DNA from: an uncultured Erysipelotrichaceae bacterium
GTDB taxonomy: Bacteria > Bacillota_I > Bacilli_A > Erysipelotrichales > Coprobacillaceae
Length of the DNA: 61,831 bases
NCBI GenBank assembly: GCA_951801965.1
Contig: CATOPA010000001.1
Location: 1 to 61,831 of the forward strand
Direction of reading: 5' to 3'
The notes below the pieces were generated by a model. That model made no database searches. It was not told the origin of the DNA and was given only the letters and a program-made list of their open reading frames with translations. Each line of letters starts with the position of its first letter. Positions within the stretch are counted from its first letter, which is position 1. Positions 43,487 to 51,545 of the stretch are shown one piece after another. Position numbers and translations under genes: made by a program.

Positions 43487-46400
43487 ATGATGGATGAAAA
43501 TACTTTATATACTTATATTAATGAAATAGCAAATCATCTTGCAGAGAAAAAATTGTATGGAGCAGCTTCACTTATGATAGGTGCAGGTTTCTCTAAAAAT
43601 GCAATGAGTTTAAAACCAGATAAATCGTTACCTCCGAATTGGACTGAACTTGCGAATGATATGTATGATGAATTATATCCTCTCAAAAATGATGAAAAAA
43701 ATAAAATAGAGGAATGTTCTGGTAAAAATATTTTATCGTTAGCTCAAAAATATGAAGTGATATTTGGAAGAAAAAAACTCAATGATTTAATTAATAGTAG
43801 CATTGCAGATCAATTTTATGAGCCATCTGATTTATATGATGAATTATTGAAACTTGAGTGGGAAGATATTTTCACTACAAATTATGATACTTTATTAGAA
43901 CGTGCTTTATCAAAACTAAGCTTAAAAAGAGAATATAAAGTGATATATTCATGTAAGGATTTACCTAATAGCACTCGACCTAGATTGATTAAACTACATG
44001 GTAGCGTTGATAAATCTAATGATTACATTATTACAGAAGAAGATTATAGAACTTATCCAACTAAATATGCTCCTTTTGTAAATACTGTTCAACAGTCAAT
44101 GCTAGAAACACAACTGTGTCTGATTGGTTTTTCAGGAACAGATCCTAATTTTTTAAATTGGTTAGGTTGGCTACGAGATAACATGGGGGATAACTGTCCT
44201 AGAATATTTTTGTGTGGTTATTATAAGAATATGGAATATGCAGATGTAAAAATGTTAGAAAGAAAAAATATCATTGTATTGAATCTAGCTCCATTAATTA
44301 AAAATGGCAATTATTCTAATCCCTATCATGACTCAATCAAAAAATTTATAGAAATTTTAACTGAGAAAACTAAGATGAAGGAAAAGGCTATTTTTGATGG
44401 AAGTAATTTAAAATATAGAGTTTTATTTGATAAAGAACATTTAAATCATAGCGATTATTTTAAAGAATTAGATAAAGTAACATTAGATATAGAACAAAAA
44501 ATACAAAGTTATGTATGCTTGCCAAAAAAAGAAGTGAGCAGCATTTCTCGTTATTGTACCTATCATTTAAGTCATGTGTTAGAATTAGAAGAAGAGTCTA
44601 TTAATTATAAAATTATTGGAAGATTATGTTTAATATTAAAAAAATGTTGCTATCCTATAATTACAATAGATTTTAAAAAATTAAAAATTCTTTTAAATAA
44701 TGAATCATGTGATGAATTGTCAAAATTAAAGATTGGTTTAACATTATTGAAACAATCAAGAATATTGTCTGATTTGAAAACATATGATGATATTTTATCA
44801 GTACTAAACAAACAGACTATTGTAGATTTAGAACTAAATAATGAATTGTTAATAGAGCAAATAAAAAGAAAAGAATTGGATTATAATTTTGCTGAACACC
44901 CTAAATTAATTGAGAAAATAGATGATTCAGAAAATTTCTTTTATATGTGTATTAAAGCAAATTTATATGCGAATATTGAACAAAAAGAATTGGCTGAAAA
45001 CAAATTAAAAGAGGCGACTGAGTATTTGAATAAAGTTAAAATAGAAGATAATAAATACGCTTCATTTATTGGATATGCAAGATTAGTTTCAATAAGATTA
45101 TTTGGAAATAGAAGCGTAGTTGCTTTAGATGAAGATTGGATTGATAATCCATATAACACAAGATGTATTTTGAATAAATACAGAGAAAATATTTTAGAAG
45201 AAATATATAATGAATTCAATGAACGTTCATCTAATTATTCATTCAATCCAAATACAGTAAAACAATCTTATAAATTAAATTTTGGTATTACTCGAAAATT
45301 TGAAGAAAGTTACGGTTATCAATTATTGATGGATCATCTTTGCTTGGGGGTTTTTGAAAATCTTAAGCAAATTAATATTGATACGATTGATGCATTAGAA
45401 TCTTATAGCGAAACAGTATATTATGGATGGAATAAAATTCTTTTTTCAAAAGATGTTAAACTATGTCATCAATTTTTTACAAGGGAGAAAATATATTCTA
45501 CAGATATAAAAGAACTCGAATATTTGTTTGACTGTATCTATAATGCATTAATGGTAAAAAGAGAAATGTTTGATAATAAAAGTATATTTGTATTAATTAC
45601 ATTTTTATCTAAATTAAGTATAAAGCTCGATAATGAAAGAATAGTAAAATTTATTTCTCTCTTGATTAAAATAGATTCATTAAATTTATGTGGATTTCAA
45701 AAAATATTAGAACAATCATTGATAACGATTCAGTATGCATTTAATTATGATATTTTCTTAAAGTGCTTAAACTTTATTAAGAATGATTGTTTATCACAAA
45801 ATCATTTTTCATCGTATTTTATAGATTTTGTTTATAACGGTGAACGAAATAAAGAAATAAAAAAATCTGAAATTACTGATTTAATATTACGTAAATCTAA
45901 ATCAAGTGAACGAATAGATAGAACAAATGCAATTTCATTATATTTAATATTTTCAAATTATTTAGCTCCTACAAATAAACAGAAAGTAATTAACAATTTA
46001 TTGAAATCAAAAGATTCTATAGGATTTCCAAATAATATAGATTATCCCCCTTTAGTTTGGAAAAATGAAAATTTTGTTCTTGAGAATAATTTGTATCTTG
46101 ATTACCTGTGTAACCCAAATCTAACTCGAATTTTTCATAATGGTGCATATCATGGGAATGGAGGAGCTGTTGAAGAAATATTTATCTATGAAACTGTGAT
46201 GCTAGAATTGCTTATTAATCATCTTGAAAATTTCCTTTTATCAATTGATGATATTAAGTTGATACTTGACTATTTCAATGAATATATTGAAAATGAAAAA
46301 AATTGTATTAGTCAAAATTTTATGAATTTTAGAGAACTTGTAATTCAAACAGTTTATAATATAAATATTATTGAAGGCATTCTATTATTTTATATTAAAT

Positions 46401-46999
46401 ATAATAATTTGAATTATGATTATGTAAAAGAATCTTTGACCAAGTTTAAAGATTTAACGACATTCCTAGATGATATTTGTGATTTTGAAAGTATACTTGA
46501 AAATAAAAATTTGGAAGAAATTTTTCAATTAATAAAACGAAAATTATTTTCTGGAAAACTAGAAAATGTAAGAATGGCTTCGATATTAATGTTATTGTAT
46601 CTAGTATTTGAGGAAGATAAAATAGAGGTTGTTAATAAAGTTAGTGACATTTTAATGTCATTGGAATATTATGATATAAATATTATAAATGTGATTATTC
46701 CACAATTAAAGAGAATAGTTGTTAACAAAGATTTTCTTTTTAATCATGATCAGGAGAAATTGATACAAGTATTTAAATATTGTGTGGAGATGTGTATTGA
46801 TATTAATAAAGAAAGAAAAAAAGCAAGTTTTGATTGCTTATATAATATTTCAAATATAACAAAAGATTACTATGAAGCATTGAAAGAAAATGATATTAAA
46901 ATCAATGAGTCTTTTGATAAATTAATAGAAATTTATAAATCAATTGAGTTAAATGAGATAAGAAATAAATGGATTGGTACACCCAATATGCAATTATAG
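43487..46999 (+). CDS. SIR2-family (SIR2_2-type) NADase-like domain fused to a ~900-aa helical-repeat C-terminal region (DSR-like defence sirtuin candidate)
   Basis: 1170 aa. IGAGFSKNA (Rossmann loop), IFTTNYDTLLE (Asn132), LIKLHGS (His171) and LIGFSGTDPNF. The rest is Leu/Ile/Lys/Glu/Asn-rich with no TM segment. It starts 17 nt after the pglX stop with a GAGGAGGGG RBS. Confidence 0.75.
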   Translation: MMDENTLYTYINEIANHLAEKKLYGAASLMIGAGFSKNAMSLKPDKSLPPNWTELANDMYDELYPLKNDEKNKIEECSGKNILSLAQKYEVIFGRKKLNDLINSSIADQFYEPSDLYDELLKLEWEDIFTTNYDTLLERALSKLSLKREYKVIYSCKDLPNSTRPRLIKLHGSVDKSNDYIITEEDYRTYPTKYAPFVNTVQQSMLETQLCLIGFSGTDPNFLNWLGWLRDNMGDNCPRIFLCGYYKNMEYADVKMLERKNIIVLNLAPLIKNGNYSNPYHDSIKKFIEILTEKTKMKEKAIFDGSNLKYRVLFDKEHLNHSDYFKELDKVTLDIEQKIQSYVCLPKKEVSSISRYCTYHLSHVLELEEESINYKIIGRLCLILKKCCYPIITIDFKKLKILLNNESCDELSKLKIGLTLLKQSRILSDLKTYDDILSVLNKQTIVDLELNNELLIEQIKRKELDYNFAEHPKLIEKIDDSENFFYMCIKANLYANIEQKELAENKLKEATEYLNKVKIEDNKYASFIGYARLVSIRLFGNRSVVALDEDWIDNPYNTRCILNKYRENILEEIYNEFNERSSNYSFNPNTVKQSYKLNFGITRKFEESYGYQLLMDHLCLGVFENLKQINIDTIDALESYSETVYYGWNKILFSKDVKLCHQFFTREKIYSTDIKELEYLFDCIYNALMVKREMFDNKSIFVLITFLSKLSIKLDNERIVKFISLLIKIDSLNLCGFQKILEQSLITIQYAFNYDIFLKCLNFIKNDCLSQNHFSSYFIDFVYNGERNKEIKKSEITDLILRKSKSSERIDRTNAISLYLIFSNYLAPTNKQKVINNLLKSKDSIGFPNNIDYPPLVWKNENFVLENNLYLDYLCNPNLTRIFHNGAYHGNGGAVEEIFIYETVMLELLINHLENFLLSIDDIKLILDYFNEYIENEKNCISQNFMNFRELVIQTVYNINIIEGILLFYIKYNNLNYDYVKESLTKFKDLTTFLDDICDFESILENKNLEEIFQLIKRKLFSGKLENVRMASILMLLYLVFEEDKIEVVNKVSDILMSLEYYDINIINVIIPQLKRIVVNKDFLFNHDQEKLIQVFKYCVEMCIDINKERKKASFDCLYNISNITKDYYEALKENDIKINESFDKLIEIYKSIELNEIRNKWIGTPNMQL

Positions 47000-47067
47000 G
47001 TGAATTTAGAAAATGGAGATTGAAGATATGCGAAAGAATTTGAAATATAGACGTTCTGAATTCCGTG

Positions 47068-47089
47068 GAATAACATTCTAATGTTATTC
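47068..47089. promoter_or_regulatory. 22-bp palindrome GAATAACATT-CT-AATGTTATTC upstream of the COG2865-type gene
   Basis: Perfect 10-bp arms, 39 nt upstream of the ATG at 47128. It overlaps a possible TTCTGA-N17-TCTAAT promoter. Confidence 0.4.
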
Positions 47090-47127
47090 TAATTGCAAAA
47101 AAGCACTTTTGATTAAGGGAGGCACAT

Positions 47128-48813
47128 ATGTTAAATAATGATGAATTATTATTGATTTTAAATAAATTAATCTCTAATTGGGAGAATGAAGTTGTTGAAT
47201 TCAAGGAAGCAAAAAAAGACTTTGATAAAAACGATATTGGAAAGTATTTTTCAGCTCTTAGCAATGAGTCAAATTTACATAATTTGCAATTTGGTTGGTT
47301 AATTTTTGGTGTGCGTGATAAAAATAGAGAAATTGTAGGAACAGAATATCGTAACAATCCTGGTTTGATGAAATTAAAGCAAGAAATATCAATGCAAACA
47401 ACAGGAGGGCTATCATTTATAGAAATATATGAAGTATATCCAATTATTGATGGAGAAAAAAGACGTGTCATTATGCTGCAAATTCCTTCTGCAGTAGCAG
47501 GTATTCCTACAGGATGGAAAGATCATTATTATGGACGTAATGGAGAATCTTTAAGTGCTTTATCAATGAACGAGATAGAAGAAATTCGTAGGCAACAAAA
47601 TAAAGATTGGTCTAAACAAATTATTGTAGGTGCTAGTATAGAACATCTTAATAAAGAAGCTATAGATTTAGCTAGAAAAAACTATAAAGAAAAAATGAAT
47701 AAGACACATATTGTTGAAGCAGTTGACGAAATGAATGATGAAGAATTCTTAACTAAATTAAAGCTTTTACAAAATGGTAAAGTAACGAATGCTGCTATGC
47801 TTTTACTTGGCAATGAAGATTATGATTATTTATTTAATTGTGTACCAGAAGCGTCTTGGAGACTTTATGATTCAAAGGGTGATGTAAAGGATTATGAGAT
47901 TTTTAAAGTACCTTTCATCACTTTGGGTGATAGAATTTTAAGTAAAATAAGAAATTTAACATATAGATACATGACAAATCCAAACAGTTTATTTCCTAGT
48001 GAAACTAAACAGTATGATAGTTGGTTATTGAGAGAGCTTTTAAACAACTGCATAGCTCATTCAAACTATGCATTGGGAACTAGAATTATTTTAGATGAAG
48101 AAGAAGATCAAGTGACTTTTAAAAATCCTGGTACTTTTTTACCTGGAAATATTGAAATTGCATTAGAGAAGAACTATAATTCACCATTTTATCGTAATCA
48201 GTTATTAGCTGAAACTATGGTGAAACTTAATATGATAGACACTCAATCTATGGGAATCAGAAAAGTATATCGAATTCAAAAAGATAAATTTTTCCCTATG
48301 CCAGATTATGATTTAAAGACAGTTAATCAAGTAAATGTTAGAGTTTATGGTAGAGTGTTAAATGATAACTATACCAAAGTATTATTTGAACACCCAGAGT
48401 TTGATATTGAAACAGTATATTTGATAGATCAAGTTCAAAAAGGGAAAAATATTAGTAGCGATGCTGTAAAATACCTTAGAAAATTGAAAGTCATTGAAGG
48501 AAGGCAACCAAATATTTATGTATCCGCAAGTGTTGCTGATATACTTGATGAAAAAGATAAATATGTTAAAAACAAAGCTTTTGATAACGATTACTATAAG
48601 GATTTGATTGTTGAATACTTAAAAACATATGGTTATGCAACAAGAGAAGATATTCGTAAGTTATTAATCGATAAATTATCGAATACATTATCTGCCAAAC
48701 AAAAAGAGTCAAAGGTAAAAAATTTATTAGATTCTTTAAAATATGCAGGTGTTATTGAAATTGATAAGCTAGCTTCTAAGAATACTAAATGGAAATTAAA
48801 AAAGAATAAATAG
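47128..48813 (+). CDS. Schlafen/AlbA_2 domain + HATPase_c_4-like + C-terminal wHTH protein (COG2865-type putative regulator)
   Basis: 561 aa. N-terminal NEVVEFKEAKKDF...YFSALSNESNL..GWLIFGV (AlbA_2), central RELLNNCIAHSNYALGTRIILDEEEDQVTFKNPGTF (RecG-C/HATPase_c_4-like) and a C-terminal HTH-like tail. Confidence 0.75.
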   Translation: MLNNDELLLILNKLISNWENEVVEFKEAKKDFDKNDIGKYFSALSNESNLHNLQFGWLIFGVRDKNREIVGTEYRNNPGLMKLKQEISMQTTGGLSFIEIYEVYPIIDGEKRRVIMLQIPSAVAGIPTGWKDHYYGRNGESLSALSMNEIEEIRRQQNKDWSKQIIVGASIEHLNKEAIDLARKNYKEKMNKTHIVEAVDEMNDEEFLTKLKLLQNGKVTNAAMLLLGNEDYDYLFNCVPEASWRLYDSKGDVKDYEIFKVPFITLGDRILSKIRNLTYRYMTNPNSLFPSETKQYDSWLLRELLNNCIAHSNYALGTRIILDEEEDQVTFKNPGTFLPGNIEIALEKNYNSPFYRNQLLAETMVKLNMIDTQSMGIRKVYRIQKDKFFPMPDYDLKTVNQVNVRVYGRVLNDNYTKVLFEHPEFDIETVYLIDQVQKGKNISSDAVKYLRKLKVIEGRQPNIYVSASVADILDEKDKYVKNKAFDNDYYKDLIVEYLKTYGYATREDIRKLLIDKLSNTLSAKQKESKVKNLLDSLKYAGVIEIDKLASKNTKWKLKKNK

Positions 48814-48842
48814 AGATAGAATTTTTATATATTAATTCTATT

Positions 48843-48910
48843 ATTCGGCTAATTATTCAGCTAGATTCAGCTAATTATTCAGCTAGATTCAGCTAATTAT
48901 TTGGTTAAAT
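48843..48910. repeat. tandem array of 10-12-bp ATTCAGCTA(G/ATT) units
   Basis: Units run ATTCGGCTAATT / ATTCAGCTAG / ATTCAGCTAATT / ATTCAGCTAG / ATTCAGCTAATT / ATTTGGTTAAAT. The 22-bp double unit is repeated exactly twice (48855-48898). The array lies between the COG2865-type stop and the pglZ start. Confidence 0.9.
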
Positions 48911-48941
48911 CGTAATAATAAAAAAATGGAGGGTTCAGAAT

Positions 48942-51533
48942 ATGGCATTAGAAGATATAAAGAAGAATTTGGAACAGAGGTTTTCTGAACCTTTGACGGA
49001 ATTTTATGAACGAAGAATTATCTTTTGGGATGATGAAGAAAAAGAGTTTTTAGATGAAATAAATGAATTGGAACTAAGTAATGCGAAAGTTCTTGTATTA
49101 AATGAAACGAATAATTTTATTGTGAAAAAGACATTGTCTTTTGATGATGAAACTAGTAATTATTTGGTTTATAACTGCTTTGATACCAATATGGAAGATG
49201 ATTGGTTATTAGATATTAAGTTATATAGTGATGAATTTAGAGCGGATCAGATTTCGATGTGGATGCAAGAAATGAATATTGAATCAAATCCTGCTATAAG
49301 AAATAAAATTAAAATTTATAGAGGATTCTTAAAAGCCGAGAGTAGAAGAAAGTTGGTTTCACAATTTGGTTCTGAGATTACAACACCATCAAAATTACAT
49401 TTGGCTATACTTGCTTCTATTTGTAAAGTAAGGACAATGAATCCAAAGGATATAATCAAAGCAGTAATTGCTGATGGTGATGACCTTAGTAATCAACTAA
49501 AGATGAGTATGCTTACTTATAATGCAAGTGATACATTTTGGAGTTTAGTCAGTAAAGTTACTGGATATTCAAATGAAGCTGTATCAAACATTGATGAAAT
49601 GAATGTACATATCGTGTTAAGTGCTTTAACAAAAACAATGGATGAAAAGCATTTATCTGGCTTGGAACAACGATACAATTCTTTTCATAATGGTTTTTGT
49701 TATGAAATGCTTTATGAATGGTTGCATAGTGATAAAAAAGATGAGTTAGTAGATGTCTTACGTTATGTTGAAAAAGAATTAAGGCTTGTTGATCGATTTG
49801 AAAACAATAAAATTTCAGATTTGGTTGATACAGAACTTTTACCTTGTATTGATGAAGTTATTTTGAATAAATTAATGCAACGTATTATTGAAAATACAAT
49901 TAGTGCCGACGAAGTAATCGCCACGATAGAAAAACGAAGAACAATGGTTTGGTATCAAGAAAATGAAAATTATTACACTGCTTTAATGCAAGTAGCTTAT
50001 ATGCAGAAGTTCTATGTTGATCACATAGGTGGTTTCCATCATTCAAGTGGAAAGGCTATTTGGAATGCATATACTATTGATTATTATTTAATGGATATGT
50101 ATTATCGTAAATTTCATGTTGCTTTTGCATGTAGTTTAACAGATTCAAATCAATTGTTAGATGATGAATTTAGAAGTGTTGTAGATGTTGTTGAAACACT
50201 ATATAAAAATTGGTATTTAGATCAATTAGCTGAAAACTTTACCAATGTGATAGAATCCGACTTATCATCAAGTGGAGTTATAAAGGGAATTTATCATCAA
50301 GAGCAGTTTTATTCAAGAGTAGTATCTTCTTATGACAATAAAGTGTTTGTGATTATTTCTGATGCTTTGCGTTATGAAGTAGCTAGTAGTATTGCTGATG
50401 AATTAAGAATCACAACGAAGTCAGATGTTTCTATTGAAAGTCAACAATCTATCTTCCCAAGTATTACGAAGTTTGGTATGGCAGCTTTATTGCCACATCA
50501 AGAGCTATCTATAGGTAAAAAATCTGATGGATTGAGTGTTTTGGTTGATGGTCAATCTTCTGAAATGAATGATCGTGATGCTATTCTTAAAAAGAGTAAT
50601 CCAAATAGTGTTGCCATAAAATATAAAAACTTTGTTTTAATGAAGAAAGAAGAACAAAGAGAACTTATTAAAGGACAAGAAGTGATTTATATTTATCATG
50701 ATACAATTGATAGTACAGGACATCACAATGAAATGAATGTATTTACTGCTTGTGAAACAGCTAAAGATGAAATTGTAAGTTTGGTTAAAATAATTACGAA
50801 CTCTTTAAATGGTTTAAATGTTGTTATTACTTCAGATCATGGTTTCTTATATACATATCAGCCTTTAATAAATAGTGATCGTATGGATCGGTCTTCATTT
50901 AAACAAGATATTATTGAACAAGGTAGAAGGTATGTTATAACAGATGATAAAGCTAATCCTGATTTTTTAATGCCAGTTAAGGGATTCTACAACGAAAATG
51001 GCTATCAAGCATTTGCACCTAGAGAAAATATTCGTATTAAGGGTTCTGGTAGACAAAATTTTGTACATGGTGGTGCAAGTTTACAAGAATTAGTTGTACC
51101 AGTTATCAAATATAAATTCTTAAGATCTGGATATAAAGGTTATGAAATGAATAAAGATAAATATGATTCTAAACCTGTAACTTTAACTTTATTATCAGCA
51201 GGTCGTAAGATTAGTAATATGATCTTTAATTTAAGTTTCTATCAAAAAGAAGCAGTTAAAGATAATTATGTACCTTGTACTTATCAAGTATTCTTGACTG
51301 ATTTTAATGGAAACATTATTAGTGATATTCAAAAGATTGTAGCTGATCGTTCAAGCACAAATAATGTTGATCGTGAATATCGTGCAACATTTAATTTAAA
51401 ACAACAACAATATAGTAATAGAGAAATTTATTATCTTGTTATTCAAGATGAAGAAGGCTTACAAGTGCCAATTAAAGAAGAAATGCAAATTGATATATCA
51501 ATGGCATTTGATGATTTTGATTTCTTTGAATAG
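48942..51533 (+). CDS. pglZ: BREX alkaline-phosphatase-superfamily protein PglZ
   Basis: 863 aa. IISDALRYEVA, DTIDSTGHH and ITSDHGF motifs. Confidence 0.9.
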   Translation: MALEDIKKNLEQRFSEPLTEFYERRIIFWDDEEKEFLDEINELELSNAKVLVLNETNNFIVKKTLSFDDETSNYLVYNCFDTNMEDDWLLDIKLYSDEFRADQISMWMQEMNIESNPAIRNKIKIYRGFLKAESRRKLVSQFGSEITTPSKLHLAILASICKVRTMNPKDIIKAVIADGDDLSNQLKMSMLTYNASDTFWSLVSKVTGYSNEAVSNIDEMNVHIVLSALTKTMDEKHLSGLEQRYNSFHNGFCYEMLYEWLHSDKKDELVDVLRYVEKELRLVDRFENNKISDLVDTELLPCIDEVILNKLMQRIIENTISADEVIATIEKRRTMVWYQENENYYTALMQVAYMQKFYVDHIGGFHHSSGKAIWNAYTIDYYLMDMYYRKFHVAFACSLTDSNQLLDDEFRSVVDVVETLYKNWYLDQLAENFTNVIESDLSSSGVIKGIYHQEQFYSRVVSSYDNKVFVIISDALRYEVASSIADELRITTKSDVSIESQQSIFPSITKFGMAALLPHQELSIGKKSDGLSVLVDGQSSEMNDRDAILKKSNPNSVAIKYKNFVLMKKEEQRELIKGQEVIYIYHDTIDSTGHHNEMNVFTACETAKDEIVSLVKIITNSLNGLNVVITSDHGFLYTYQPLINSDRMDRSSFKQDIIEQGRRYVITDDKANPDFLMPVKGFYNENGYQAFAPRENIRIKGSGRQNFVHGGASLQELVVPVIKYKFLRSGYKGYEMNKDKYDSKPVTLTLLSAGRKISNMIFNLSFYQKEAVKDNYVPCTYQVFLTDFNGNIISDIQKIVADRSSTNNVDREYRATFNLKQQQYSNREIYYLVIQDEEGLQVPIKEEMQIDISMAFDDFDFFE

Positions 51534-51545
51534 GGGGGGATTGTT

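Noticed and set aside
47028-47081. A 17-codon ORF (MRKNLKYRRSEFRGITF) with a GGAG RBS, considered as a leader peptide gene.
   Set aside because: It is too short to evaluate and there is no evidence of conservation. It is mentioned only as context for the palindrome finding.
46902-47471. A 189-aa antisense ORF spanning the SIR2 3' end, the intergenic region and the COG2865-type 5' end.
   Set aside because: It is antisense to two well-supported genes, has a low-complexity AT-codon product and no RBS, which is typical of spurious ORFs in AT-rich DNA. The same reasoning applies to the other short antisense ORFs in the track (e.g. 35832..36071, 38608..38886, 41285..41485, 44941..45219).
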